DNA of 63,274 nucleotides, filler included, from Octopus bimaculoides (GCF_001194135.2; 6 parts of 4 records of this genome joined end to end with filler, not necessarily neighbours in it); one strand, 5' to 3'. Positions 1 through 13,175 are shown, counted from the whole stretch's first letter. Translations and numbers: made by a program. Notes: generated by a model not told the origin, from the letters alone.

Positions 1-46
<46 letters not shown>
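1..46. repeat. (TA)n microsatellite
   Basis: Pure TA run at the window start. Confidence 0.95.
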
Positions 47-49
<3 letters not shown>

Positions 50-65
50 AAATCATCATTTAATT

Positions 66-307
66 CAGTGGTTCTCAACCAGGGTCCATGTAAGATTTTG
101 TTGCTAAAATTAATCTGCAATAAATTGGTTATACTCCTGCAGTACACAAAATATTTTAACCAGTTTTTCATACAATCATCATAATATTTAATTATGAAAA
201 TATAATATGATCATTTCTTTTAAACATCAAATGCCTAGGAGGGCCTATCCAACGAAAATAGGAATCAAAAGGACCCTTAGATAAAAAAAAAAATGGTTGA
301 GAAACTG
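66..307. mobile_element. Non-autonomous hAT (Charlie-like) MITE
   Basis: Termini CAGTGGTTCTCAACC / GGTTGAGAAACTG; flanking 8-mers ATTTAATT / ATTTAAAT (7/8) fit an 8-bp TSD. Confidence 0.75.
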
Positions 308-819
308 ATTTAAATGGATCAGATGAAATGCATTGATGTAGATTTTTCTACAACCAGATGCTCTTCCTGTCACCAACACTCACCTGTTTCCAAGCAATAT
401 TTTTCCTAGTCCCTTGAACAAGAACAGCATAGTGGATTAGACATGTTTTCACAAAAGATCGCAAATGAATGATATTGTTTGTATAGCAATGATATATATA
501 TTAGGGGGAGGTCGGAAGGGGCAGCATGTGCAAGTATATAGTTTTATATTTGAATGTGTAGACGCGCTCATGGTTTGTTTCTGATCCAACTTAGAGCTGG
601 TTTCTCACTTGATTAACGCTTTGTAGTTTTATTATATCCTGATTTAATTACTATGTGTTCTTATATGATCTGGTATCTATCTTGTGTTTTTAATGATATC
701 AGATTCTTAATATATTCATTGTATTTAATATGTTCATTGTTTTTAATATTCCTTTTGTTTTTCTTATCCATCCCAACATGTTTTTGTAAACCCATGTATA
801 ATGTCAAATAATGTTTTAT

Positions 820-1080
820 TTGTATGTATGTATGTATGTATGTATGTATGTATGTATGTATGCATGTATGTATTCATGCATGCATGTATGTATGTATGTA
901 TGTATTCATGCATGTATGTACGCCATTATTCAGTTTTATTTCAAGGTCTCTTGCCAATAGAGAAAGAGTTGGTTTCTTACCTAGATCCAAGGCTCCTTCA
1001 TTGAAATTTCAACATCAACAACAGGGTATTTTTGTATGCATGTATGTATATATATATATGCATGCATGCATGTATGTTAG
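820..1080. repeat. (ATGT)n / (ATGC)n compound microsatellite
   Basis: Tetranucleotide runs at 820-920 and 1035-1080; source of the MYVC ORFs. Confidence 0.9.
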
Positions 1081-3859
1081 CATGAGCTTCAGAAATTCTG
1101 GGTTGGTGTCATGCAAGCTGGAAGGGCACTGGGAGTGAGGCACCCCTCACCTTTTGTTAAAACATGACTCTAGGAGAAGGATACTTTGGTATCATACCAG
1201 ATATGCAAGGAATGGCAATGAACATTTTGGGAATCTTTTGCTTGCACTTGAGATCATGGTGCTCCCACATTCCTGAACATGCAACACATATTGGCATAGG
1301 ATATCTTGCCCTGGCATGTCTCTGGATTGTGTCAGTAGAGTGGAGAGGGTCTATGAGGTGTTGTGCAAGCCTTATCGTACCTAAAATTTTAGGTTGTGCA
1401 ATTGCCAGTAGGTTGACTATCCAATATTAGGTTGAGTAGGAAGGTGCTACAGCAAGCATGGAAGTTGCTAATATGAACGCAGGTGAAGCCAACCACAGGC
1501 TCAATAATCTATAAATGCATGGGCATTGCTAACATTTTACATGGCCAATTGGGCAATGGTCAGTGATGGTCTCTTTGATCATAAGAGGACAGTCATCATA
1601 TGTATGTTAGGACCCTTGTGGCCAATAAAGAAATTATTATCCTGTCAGGACCAACTTTGCTTTTCATCCCTCTGAGGTTAATAAAATTAAATACTGGTCA
1701 AGTACTGGGGTCAATTTTTAATCAATTAACACCCTCCATCTCATTTCTGGTCTTGCATCTAAGTTAGAAACAATTGTTTCTGTTTTTGTTGTTTCTTTAT
1801 TATTTTTATTATTCTTTCAGTAGTTTTATTTTAGTTGCATGCTTTCACTGCCAAACCAAGTGCAACCCAGTGTGTCATGGGAATATGCAGTGTTTCGTTT
1901 TTATCTTCTCTCTTTATTGTGCTGAATAAATTTTGTATAATATATGAGCAGTACCTCTTGCTTCTATTTTCTGTATATTGTGTAAATGTATAAAATCCTG
2001 GGATTTTGGTAATGTATTTGTTTGAATCTTTTTAATCATTCCCAGGACACCTATTATTGTTGGGGCTGTTTCTGCTTTCAATCCCCACATTCCAGTTATC
2101 TCTATTTCCAGATCTTTACAGTTGTATTAGTGTTCTACAAATATAACTACGGTTTGAGTTTGTTTTCATTTGTTATTTTGTTTATTTTGCACATGTTAGG
2201 CCTTAGCTTCATGGTTCATGTTCACAGTGTTTTTTAACTTATATGTTTTTTTCTCTCATCTGTTTCGTTTTTCATTATTTGTATTTTTGTTACATATTCT
2301 TTCTTTTAAGTGTTCTATTCTTATATTTGATAACGTCATTTGTTTTGAGAATGTATCTTCTTAAACTAGCTTAGTCTCAAATTAGTAAAGTTACTTTTAG
2401 ATCAGAGTTATTTTCTTTCTAGACATTATCATATATGCAAGTTGAAGTAGTCTTGACTTTAAGGCAGAAATATAGCTGTAAAATATTTTCATCAATTCCA
2501 TCATGTGTTGGCTTGTAGAGTTTTATGCAGTATATTTTTTGGCAGATTTATTTTAACAACTTGAAGACAAGTATTTTCCTCTTTGACCAAGCTCTCATCT
2601 ATTTCTTCAAGCATGACTTGAAGAAAAAGATGAGGATAGAAAAGTGCTTCTTTAAATGTATTCAACTAAACGTGGGTGGCAGTGGCAAGACAGGGGAAGC
2701 TGAATCCATCTACCCTGAGTGTGCATTTTTGAAGAAGCAGAAACAAACTGCGAGACAGCACTTTTAATGCCTTGGAAGAGAAATTTAATCCTTCATATGG
2801 GGTTTCCTTAGAATTAATATAGGTAGGTGGGGGTTCTTTATATTTGGGAACATTTGTTACTGAAGTCCTCTATTGCTATACCGTTTGTCTTCGTTTTCTT
2901 TTTACTCAGCGTAAAACACACATTTTTTTGTTTTGTTTTGCTTCTTAGTGCTTGTGTTTGTATTTCATAGTTGTATTGTCCTCAATGTCTTGGGACCTTG
3001 TGGCCAATAAGTAAAATCATCATCATCATCATTTGCATCACCATCGACATTATTGTTGTTGTAGTTATTATTATTACAATTTGGCAAGGTATATGTGGTC
3101 AACCCCCTTAGCAACAACATCTGTTCATTATTCCTGGCTCTCTTTTAATTGAAATTTTGAGCAGAAAATTTCAACATTCTGAGCCAAACTAAATTAGAAA
3201 GGTACTAGTTGCACTGAAAGCAAACTATTCAGTATTTAAATAAGATTAATTAGATAAATAATGCTTTTAATTAGATAGATAATAATTTTAATTAGATTTT
3301 TTTATTGATAGAATGCTGCTGTAATTTTGATAGGTAGATACATTTTAATTAGATAATAATTCCACAGATTAATTAAATACTGCTTTTTATTTGATAAATA
3401 GTTGTTTTTTGTAGTTGTTTTTTTAGCCCAACTCAATCCTAATGATCAAAAGTGCTCTGGTTGTTACCATACTATCTTTTTTTATATATCAAAGACTACA
3501 TTCACCATATACCCTTCTATGTTTAAAATGTGATAGTGGGGGATTTGCCTGCTTTTTTTAGTATGAGCAAAAGTTCTTCTGTTAGCTCATTTCATAGATA
3601 GTAATTATATAAATAGATAGAATCTTAATAGACTTTTAATAGACAGATACTAGTTCCAATTCTAAAACCAAGTATTTAGTATTTTAATTAAGATATTTGG
3701 ATGTAACAAAATATAGAGAACGACATAAGATAAAATAATAGTTCCTAATTTATGCACAAGAACAGCAATTCTAAGGAGAGGTGCTGGTTGATGCCATCAA
3801 CCCTAGTACTTTGAGTCACCTGAATCACCTGGATCAACCAGACTGTCTGGTGCCAAGTC

Positions 3860-4090
3860 AGCTCTGCTGGCCACAGTATTTGCTCCATTCCCCTTGAGCT
3901 CTTGCCATTCTCCTCCATGTTGCTCCAAACATTTTTCTTAAATCATCTTCCCACCTGATTGGAGGTCTTCCAAGTGGTCTCTTCCACTCATATGGGCACC
4001 ACTCAACAACTGCACAGGTCCACTGATCATTTGTGAACCTTGTGGTGTGGCTGGCCCATCATAGCTTTGCCTGGTGGTATTCTGCAATGA
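3860..4090 (-). mobile_element. RTE-clade LINE, 3' end of ORF2 (degenerate)
   Basis: Minus translation AKL*WASHTTRFTNDQWTCAVVEWCPYEWKRPLGRPPIRWEDDLRKMFGATWRRMARAQGEW matches the RTE C-terminal pattern WAGH..R..D.RW...W.P..KRP.GRP..RW.D. Confidence 0.8.
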
Positions 4091-4289
4091 AAAGAGTTCA
4101 GTACTTAAGTAGTACTGTATTTTATTGACCCTGAAAAGATAAAAGCAAAATTCACCTGAGGTAGGATTTGAACTCAGAATGTAAAGAGCTGGAACAAATA
4201 CTACAAAGCATTCTTTCTTCTCACTGCCTCAGAAATAAAATAAAATAATAAAAATAATAATCTTCCAAGAAGAATGGTAAAATTAAGAT

Positions 4290-4700
4290 TCATCATCTTT
4301 TTGTGTCAGCATCATCAAGTAATGTCCGTTTTCCATACTGGCATGGGTTAGATGGTTTGACTGGGATTGGTAGGCCAGAAAGCTGCACCAGGCTCCAGTC
4401 ACCTATTATGGTTTTATTTCTATGGCTGGATGCCCGTCCTAATGGCAACCACTTTAAAGAGTGTACTGGACGTTTGTTTTTTTATGCATTACTGGCATGA
4501 GTACTCTTTTTATGAGTCACTGGCACAGGTGCCTTTTTATGTGTCACTGGTATGAGTGCTTTTTATGTGTCACCGGCACTGGCAATGATCAAGATTCACT
4601 TAGCTTGACATGTCTTCTCAAGCACAGCAAATCACCAAAAGTCTCAGTCACTTTTCATTGCCTCTGTGAGGCTCAACAACCAAAGATCATACTTGACCAC
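4290..4700 (-). mobile_element. RTE 3'UTR/tail-derived repeat copy
   Basis: catcatc..aatgtccgttttccatactggcatgggtt family, also seen at 12830-13175, 17590-18345, 21490-21660 and 47045-47240; the 17.6-18.3 kb copy overlaps the 3'UTR of the RTE at 14065-15190. Confidence 0.7.
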
Positions 4701-4990
4701 CTCATTCCACATCATCCTGGGAGTACCCCCTTCCACAGGATACCTCCACAATTTGAGATAGGCACTTCTTTACACAGCTGTAGTTTCAAAAATTTCAACC
4801 ATCTTTCTGTGATAGTGATGTGAGATAGAAACTGTACACAATAAAAAGCAAGAAAATTAAACATTTGGTTTAACAAATGGAGACAAATACACATGAAAAG
4901 GAAGAAGCAAGTTAGGCTGATCCTTTCACAAATACTAGGAAGCCACAGGGTTGGTTACTGTTGTGCTAACCTAGTCAATTAAATACTTAC

Positions 4991-5045
4991 CACTCTAAAT
5001 TTGACCATCCTAATGTTAACATACTGCAGTTGCAGTTGGACATCG
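4991..5045 (-). CDS. Candidate coding exon 5 of the minus-strand gene (AMSNCNCSMLTLGWSNLE)
   Basis: Strong donor GTG|GTAAGTAT; weak acceptor caccaaag|CG after a T-rich tract; 55 nt, open when entered in phase 1 from exon 4. Confidence 0.35.
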
Positions 5046-5099
5046 CTTTGGTGATGAGGGTTAAAAATACCAAAAAAATCTCCAAAATTGTTCACGATA

Positions 5100-5625
5100 C
5101 TACTAAGAATTGCACACCACAACTGATGCTTCTTAGGTCCAACTTTTCTCTCAAGGTACTAACACTCTGTCTAGTATGCACACTGACATTACACATCCAT
5201 CGGAGCATACTGGCTTCGTTCCTTGCAAGCCTACACATGTCCTCAGTAGTCACGGTCCATGTTTCACTGCCTATGAAGCATGGCTGTTCATATACATGCG
5301 TCATACAGTCTGCCTTTTACTCTGAGCGAGAGGCCTTTTGTCACCAGCAGAGGTAAGAGCTCTCTGAACTTTGCTCAAGCTATTCTTATTCTAGCAGCTA
5401 CACTTTCAGCGCACCCTCTCCTGCTACTGACTTGGTCACCTAGGTAACGGAAGCTATCAACTATTTCTAGTTTTTCTCCCTGGAATGTGACAGAAGTTGT
5501 TTTCTGCACATTTACAGTGTTTATAGCTCCTGAACATCTGCCACATACAAAAACTAACTTCCTAGTTAGCCTTCCTTTGATATTGCTGCACCTCTTATGT
5601 GTCCATAGCTTGTACTGGGTGCAAA
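5100..5625 (-). mobile_element. RTE LINE ORF2 fragment
   Basis: GSETWTVTTEDMCRLARNEASMLRWMCNVSVHTRQSVSTLREKLDLRSI, nearly identical to the plus-strand copy at 14071-14793. Confidence 0.9.
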
Positions 5626-5699
5626 ATTTGATTTTTTAGCTACAAAATGTAGGAAACCCATTCTATTCATGACTGCATTGTACTTGAATAAATCTTTTA

Positions 5700-6110
5700 C
5701 TTGTTTCAGTAATTAGTCAGTGGCTATGCTGAGACACTACCTTGAACAGATTTAGTTGAATAAATTGACCCTGGTACTTATTTTCAAGTCTGGTATTTAT
5801 TCTCTCAGTCTCTCTTTTGCTGAACTGCTAAGTCACAGAGACATAAACAATTCAACACCAGTTCTCAAGTGGTGGAGGGACAAATACAAATAGAAAAGCA
5901 CGTACACACATATATATACATATATAGCTATATGATAGATTTCCATGCAGTTTCCAACTATCAAATTCAGCAACAAGGCATTGGTCAGCCTTGGGCTACT
6001 GTAGAAGACACTTGCTCAAAGTGTTGTGCAGTAGGACTGAACCCAAAATTGTGTTGCTGCAAAGGGATCATCTTAACCACACAGCCATGCTTGTGCCATG
6101 CTTAATCATA
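5700..6110 (-). mobile_element. tRNA-headed SINE (family A), near full length
   Basis: Minus strand reads a tRNA-like head (ggctgtgtggttaag...ggttcagtcctactgc), an internal microsatellite and the 3' block aataagtaccagggtcaattt shared with other copies. Confidence 0.75.
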
Positions 6111-6229
6111 GAGCCATGCCTATAATCCTTCAAACATCTCGAATACACAATAACTAAATATATCAGTCTGGTTCTCTTTCCACATGAACAGCACAAATAA
6201 ACTAGCAAAGTTACTACAAATGTTAGATT

Positions 6230-6610
6230 TCTCCACCTCTGATGATGTCTCACAGCAACTCAAAATATACAGTATAAAATTGCCAAAACTTCATCACCAA
6301 TAAATACTTCAACTCTGATAAAATTGCTGCCTTTTGCTTACATATTGAGAACAGTTCTGCTGCTACACATCCAAAAGCTATTCAGCTTGTCAGCAAATAT
6401 TCAATCACTAGAATGTTTCAACCATTTACTGCTGTGGATCCTCTCTCCTTCTTTTCTATGATATGACTCTTCACCACACAGACACATCTAACCCACACAT
6501 TTCACCTCAATCTCTCACCTTTTTCTTCTGAGATTCACCTCCCAGAACCCACACTAAACACTTCATTCAGTCTTACTGCCCCTTAATTACAACCCTCTGG
6601 AATACCAGAA
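6230..6610 (+). mobile_element. L2/CR1-group LINE 3' end remnant
   Basis: HPKAIQLVSKYSITRMFQPFTAVDPLSFFSMI and SYCPLITTLWN resemble the L2/CR1 C-terminal motifs Q.RA.RL...LQPL..RR.V..LS.FY and SF.P.T..LWN. Confidence 0.55.
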
Positions 6611-6689
6611 TAAAACAGTTGGGTGCAGTCCTTTTGGCATAACCATTATGACACCAACCCAAAGCAACAAGCTGGCAGAGATGTTAGAA

Positions 6690-6880
6690 CACCAAGCAAA
6701 ACACTTAACTGCATTTCATCCATGTTTAAATTCTGACTTCAAATTCTGCCAAGGTTAACTTTGCTTTTCATCCTTTAGGGGTCGATAAAATAAGTAACAG
6801 TTGAGTACTGGAGTCAGTGTAATTTACTAACTCCCTCCCCAATAATTTCAGGCCTTCTGCCTATAGAGAAAGGATCAAGA
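6690..6880 (+). mobile_element. SINE family B copy (CpG-decayed)
   Basis: gctggcagagatgttagaacacc...ttcaaattctgccaagg...ttttcatcctttaggggtcgataaaataag; Pol III A/B-box-like head; same family at 13850, 27160, 48330 and 60410. Confidence 0.75.
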
Positions 6881-7899
6881 CACCAACCCATTTAAATCAG
6901 CTTGATTTATGTTTTTCAGACATCCACTAACAACCATAGTTGGAGACACAAGAGTTTCTACTGCTCGTTTTTGCATTAATTTTTAAAAGGTGCAACTTTT
7001 AGTTGTACAGCAGAAGATTTGTGTAAATGGTTGTTGAGCTTAAATATCAACTCTCTAGCTTTGGTATGCAGTCTTGCTGTACACTGATTTTTTTTCTTTC
7101 TCAGTACACTAAAATTTAAACAACCTATCACCTTTGCTTATGCATAAAGAGATCATATTTAGTTTAAAATGATGACTGAAGAATGCAACATTTAAAACAG
7201 TACACCAGACAAAGCTAAGTGCAACAAATGCAGTTTAAATGTCACCTTTAGGAACTGATTAAATGAGATTTAGTAATTGAGTAGTTGAGTAGTTTGGCAG
7301 TCACATCCTTGAATTTTAAAAGAGAATAAAAACCAGTTTCTTGTCTTAAAAAATTATTCCTTAGTACCAAAACATTTGTTGCTAAGTGGGCCAAAAGCTT
7401 GCCTGAACCTCATAATAAACAACTAGCTTAGTTTTACCTTCAGACATCATTCTACCAACTTTCATATTGATTATCAATCTCACTAGTCTTGTGAGTTGCA
7501 TGCAAAGGTCATGAAGTGGAAAGGTCCCTTTCCACTTCTTTTCCTCTGCTAATTTTGAAAATCATATTGTTTGAAATGATATTTTATCATAGGTAACATT
7601 TCCCTAAAGTTGGTACCTAATTATTCAAATCAAGTCAAAAACTGTTGCATGTATAGAATAGATATTTCTGGTCAGAAGCAAAGCAGACCACTTGGCATGT
7701 GATGTGAACTTATAAACCCTTGGCTGTAATCGATATGTTATCCTCTCAACCATTTCATTCCTAATGGTTTCAGATACAAAAAAAAATAAAGGTAGAAACA
7801 GATCAGCACTGATTATTATAATTGCCAATAAAGAATTAATACTTTTAGTTATCTGCCTGTCAACAACAGAGAGAGAGAGAGAGACTATCAACTACTGAA

Positions 7900-8370
7900 A
7901 AATAGTCTTTGAAGTTGAAGTTGATATTACACCACAATGTTATATGGTCGATTAGGTCAAACAATACAAAGAACAGTCAAAATAAATATTTTGAAACTAA
8001 TATTGAAGCAATACTCATAAAGGATTTCATTAAAATTGTATGTCTTAAACACACTTAAATCAACTTTAATGTTTTCCCCTAAAAAAGCAATATATCACAC
8101 GTGTTCACTGGCCGACAGCCATGTTTTATCTCTTCACACCATTGACTGCAAACCTAAAAGCTATCTCAATTTTTTCATGATGATCAGAGATATTGAGTTA
8201 AGTGCATTTATAATAAATTTGTTGATGAATTCCTTAGTGATAAATGGCTCAATATTGGTTTCAGAATATTTATTTTCACTGTTGCGTGTGTGGTTATTCG
8301 ATGAAATCAACCATACACAAATGATGCTTGATTGTTTGATTGCAATGTCAACCATAACTTCTAAGACAAT
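7900..8370. repeat. Degenerate fold-back (inverted repeat) element
   Basis: Left arm aacagtcaaaataaatattttgaaactaatattgaagc aligns to the reverse complement of the right arm, aacagtgaaaataaatattctgaaaccaatattgagcc; similarity continues inward and outward around a centre near 8127. Confidence 0.75.
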
Positions 8371-10291
8371 CATAAAACAAGCCAACAAGAGTGTGATTGC
8401 TTGATCTGATAAAACTAGCAGCAAAATCTTCCTAAAATTAAACCCTACCAACTTAAAGGATGAAAAATATATTGAATAATGTACTCCTAGAATGATGAGA
8501 CAGGAGCAGATGGGATATCTTTTAATCATTGTTCTGCTTGGTCAATAACAGCAACAACGATCCTAACATTATTGTCTAGTCACACTATATTCAATGTTTT
8601 AAGTATACTTGCTAAAACTGTAGAACAATACGACCTCTCACACCTACTTTCTTTGGTGTACTAAAATCATAACTGGATAACATTTCCATAAGAAAGGTCC
8701 AAAATGTACCAGCAGCATATCCAATGTTTCCATTTGATTCAGTTTACAAATCAGAGGAGTTGTTCTATCCTTAAAGTGCAGCAGTTTTAAAATACAGGTG
8801 TAATTGTCAAAGGTGTGAAACTTATTTAGAGATAGTTTATTAGCTTCCCCATCGACAACACGGATATGTTTACAGGCCTATACAATGTGTCACACAGGTT
8901 ATAATAAATATGTTAGATTTCACCATGTTTTTTAGTTGTTAGTTTTTAATGATCCATGTATCTATAAATGTACGAGTTCTTTGGTTTATAAATTATCCAT
9001 TAAAACTAACTTCATTGGAACATAATCCAGTCCTCCATCTTGTTGGATTCTGTTGAACCAATAATTCAACCCATGTCAGTATGGAAGATGGACATAAATT
9101 GATGATGAACATGATAATTCTAGCTTCATGATCACAGGCATAAGTCTTTATGTTGTCCAAAAATATATTTTACAATAATTTTTTTTTTTTAAACTGCAAT
9201 TTAAAGGAGGAATATAGTCCATTTTATTAAACTTAGTACTTGACTGGGAGCACTTTTATCAACAACACAAGGGTTAATGTCTAAGTCATCATTAACAAGA
9301 TTTCTACTTCAGTCCTAAAGAGATGTAAGTAAGGTGTTTACTATTTCTGCCACGCCATTTCTACCCAATAATTATGATAATGATATAATTAGATTGAACT
9401 ACAAATGTGCATTGACTATACAGAATACCACAAATACTAAATAAAATGAAATAGTTTTCAGATATCATAACACTGAGAAAGAAATTGTTTCTGAACTACG
9501 TAGTGTAATATTGAAGATGTGTGGGTTGTATGAAATTCCACTGGAATTTTAACACAGTTCGTGAGGAGGGGAACTGTTTATAATGAATGTAGTGAATGAT
9601 AAGGTAATGTTGTTTTTAATATGCAGTGGTTTTTTAAATAGTTAACATTTGCATTTAAACAATAGTAAGTAGGCTGATAAGAAATATTTTGTAATGAAGA
9701 AGTTCTGCATTACTAGAGACTAAAGAAAATTATATTTGTAAATTAGTATGAGATTAGAACACGCTTACAATTTTTAGTTTTTATATGGAGACAAAGAAGG
9801 AAATGTTTTCTGAATAAATATAGATATGAATCATACAGTTATCTTTAAAATTGACACAAACCACTCTGCTATTCTTTTGTGTTTATGTCTTCATTTCAGA
9901 GGAAATTTGAACTTATCTTGCCATTGGAATTCTGCTGCTCACCATTGGTATTTCTCTGTGTCTGCTTATCTATCTATCAAGCTATTTTCTATTTGTTTAT
10001 TTATCTATTTCTTTCCATATCTCACTTTTGGTACTAGCATTAATCCTTTTCTTTTCCTTGTTAATGGTTTCTGCCCTATTCTGACTGTTAGTCCTTTTCT
10101 GCCTTTCCCAGGAGCTTTACTCTGCTGTTTCATAATGGACGCATGGAAATATACATGCATGACCTATTTTCTGGTCAATTATTAAATTGTTCTATAAATT
10201 GCTAAGAAGTGAAATATAACATTAATTCTAATGTAACTCTTTTGGTTTGACACTATTTTAGATATTAACTTCTTTATGAAGGCTGACTTAC

Positions 10292-10360
10292 CAACAGGTG
10301 GACACCTAAAGGCAAAAGCTCTGAGCCAAAGATTACTCTTTAATGTGTTATGTAGTAATA
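10292..10360 (-). CDS. Candidate coding exon 4 (LLLHNTLKSNLWLRAFAFRCPPV)
   Basis: Acceptor ccttctaatccag|TA, donor GTTG|GTAAGTC; 69 nt, phase 1-1, open in the frame carried from exon 3. Confidence 0.55.
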
Positions 10361-10411
10361 CTGGATTAGAAGGCTATATAACACTTCAATTTATCATTAT
10401 CATAGGAATAT

Positions 10412-10444
<33 letters not shown>

Positions 10445-11309
10445 GATGAGATAACATATCCCTAGCAAATTCTTTACTATTTTATGGTTAGAGAAGCACA
10501 GTATCTGTGACATGGCAGACCTTCCTAGATTGTCAGGCTTTCCTACTTTTAAGAAATGGGCTGGCTATTAATTGAGAGAGAATATGGGATCCAAAAGAAA
10601 ATATATAAAGCTTGTGTCAAATTCTGAAAAATATTAAAGCTAAGGTCCTGTTCTCTTTCAGTTCTCCACTGAACCAAGTTCAGTTCCTTTATCCTGTGAA
10701 AGTCATAGAGAAATGCATAAACATCAGAAATTCAAATTTTCCTATCCTTATAGGCACTGAACTTTGTGTCTTGTTGGAATAAATTATTATTGAATATGAC
10801 AGTGGTCAATATATGGGAGCAAGAGGTAAAATCACGTTGACTGTGTCTATAAAATTGTTTTAATCCCAAAGTTAAAGCTGCTGTGTATTTTGATATATCA
10901 CATAATTGGTGAAGTTGAGGAGCAGAATTTTGTTAAGAAGAAAGAGAGGCAGAAGAAGAAACCATGGATCAAATGGATCACACACATCCATCAAGCCCCA
11001 AAATAATTGATAGCGGTTGCAGTTGAGAAAGGAGTTGCATGATTGTGTCAGATCCTTAGAATCCAATGTGTAAGGTGCTGTTGTTATTGTTGGTTTTTAT
11101 CAAGAAGACTTATGATTATTGACATTCCATCCAAAACCATCCTATTTTTTCTTCAGCCATAGTGTTCTCTATACTACATCAGTAAATGTATCTATCCATT
11201 TTTAAGGTGGAAGAGTGTAATTAGAGGGAGATTCAACTTCTATTTCAAGCAGGCCAAGCAACTGTACACAAATATTGTCAATTTCCTATCTATTATCTTT
11301 TACCTTTTA

Positions 11310-11680
11310 CTAGTTTCAGTTATTAGACTTCAGCCAAGCTGGGGCACCACCTTGAAGGGTCAAATGTATCAACCCCAGTAATTATCTTAAGTCTGATACT
11401 TATTCTACTGATCTCTTTTGCTGAACCACAAAGTTATGGGGACATAACAAACTAACTCCAGTTGTCAAGTGGTGGAGAACAAACACAAACACACATACAC
11501 ACAGACACATACATGTATACATATATATAGGTTTTCACACTGTTTCCATCAACCAAATTCACTAACAAGACATTGGTTGGCCTGAGCAGCAATAGAAGAC
11601 ACTTCCCTTTGGTGCTGCTCAGTAGGACTGAACCCAAAACTAAAGTAGTTACAAAGCAATCTTCTGAACCACAAAGGCAC
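11310..11680 (-). mobile_element. SINE family A copy
   Basis: Same head, microsatellite and 3' block as 5700-6110. Confidence 0.7.
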
Positions 11681-12409
11681 AAAAGTAAATAAATTTTTTA
11701 CTGGAAAGTGGAATTTGGAATAAAAACACACACAACAAACTGTTAATATCATTGATCTAAGACTACAGAACCCCCATATCAAAATATATGAAATTTAGGT
11801 TCTTATTACTAATTTCAAAGATGCATATTCAACATGCAACAAATGGAAATAATGCAAATAGAAATCCTTTTTTGATACTTCCAGCCAATCCTTATCTTTA
11901 AGCACTCTTTTCAAATTACTCATTATATGATATTTAAGTAATGTTGTTATACATCACAAATTAATTCTGGTCATTAAGATGGTTATTATGTTATCAATAA
12001 CACTAAAAAATGTCAGTCACCATACAGAGTTTCACGGTTGCATACCGATGTCCTTTACTACTTTATCTTTATTCTTTAAAATCTACAGGAAATTAAGGGT
12101 TTTTTTTTCATACAAGTAACAACAATAATGAATTATATGATAATTCTTTTTTTGGACTGGTGGATCTTGAAGCAGAAAAGCTATAAATAATAATGTGTAC
12201 ATATTGGGTTAAAAAACATCTTTGGATAGAAAAAGTAGAAGGCTCCCTGTGGGACATGAACCCACATCTCCTGTAGACATGATAGGTGATTTGCCACTGG
12301 AGCAAAGCAATCCTTGGAATCATAAATATATTTTAATATATTTTTCTTTTATTTTCTATGTACCAACAGCAAAGAGACCTCTTTTAGTTTTGTTGAAAGA
12401 ATAACTGGC

Positions 12410-12710
12410 ATTCCATCAGTTACAACAATGAGGGTTCTTACTGATCAAATCATCAGAACAGCTTGCTTATGAAATTAACATGCATGTGACTGAGCACTCC
12501 ACAGACACATGTACCCTTAACGTAGTTCTCAGGGAGATTCAGCATGATGCAGAGTGTGACAAGGCTTTTAATTATAGGTACAACTCATTTTTGCCAGCTG
12601 AGTGGACTGGAGCAATGTGAAATAACACAACACATCACCAGGAATTGAACTCACAACATTACCATCATGAGCCAAATACTCTAACCACTAAGCCACATAT
12701 CTTCACGTTG
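12410..12710 (-). mobile_element. tRNA-headed SINE family C copy
   Basis: Minus head gtgaagatatgtggcttagtggttagagt..gagttcaattcc and core ctccagtccactcagctggcaaaaatgagt; same family at 19448 and 24500-25101. Confidence 0.8.
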
Positions 12711-12829
12711 GAAGAATAATGCAATAATAATCACATGGCATATGTTCTGAGAATACAGGTTAAAAGAGGAAATAATTCAGCATAGAATATAACTGTATCA
12801 ATCAAGACAGAGTTAAAAAGATGCCAGGT

Positions 12830-13175
12830 CTGCCTGACTGGCTCCCATGCCAGTGGCATGTAAAAAGCACCATCCAAATGTGGTCGATGCCAGTACCCCC
12901 TGATTGGCTCCTGTGTCAGTGGCATGTAAAAAGCACTATCCAAACGTGATCAATGCCAGGGCCACCCAACTGGCTCCTGTGCCGGTGGCACGTAAAATGC
13001 ACTCACTACACTCTCGGAGTGGTTGCCGTTAGGAAGGGCATCCAGCAGTAGAAACACTGCCAGATCAGATTGGAGCCTAGTGCAGCCACTGGCTTTCCAG
13101 ACCTCAGTCAAACCGTCCAACCCATGCCAGCATGGAAAGTGGACGTTAAATGATGATGATGATGACGATGATGAT
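12830..13175 (+). mobile_element. RTE 3'UTR/tail copy ending in (GAT)n
   Basis: ...aaccgtccaacccatgccagcatggaaagtggacgttaaatgatgatgat. Confidence 0.75.

Noticed and set aside
1080-1640. GC-richer coding-like block, possibly a retroelement C-terminus
   Set aside because: No motif strong enough to classify; multiple stops.
2525-2810. Coding-looking block that could be a sixth minus-strand exon (acceptor tttctcttccaag near 2776)
   Set aside because: Entered in phase 2 from exon 5 it stops after two codons; unresolved without RNA data.
5930-6110. tRNA-like sequences at SINE heads (several copies)
   Set aside because: A/B-box remnants of SINEs; no complete cloverleaf.
7900-8700. Apparent BTB-BACK-Kelch pseudogene on + (YYTTMLYGRLGQTIQRTVKI; VSEYLFSLLRVWL; TVEQYD)
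   Set aside because: Motif matches are loose, with many stops, and the two supposed domains are reverse complements of each other, which the fold-back explains. An HMM search would settle it.
8650-8770. Minus exon-like segment DRTTPLICKLNQ...HQR
   Set aside because: Needs phase 0 entry, incompatible with exon 4 (phase 1).
9826-10185. Hydrophobic plus-strand ORFs or a possible 48-nt plus exon at about 9900-9947
   Set aside because: T-rich low-complexity DNA yields hydrophobic peptides by chance; no linked exons.
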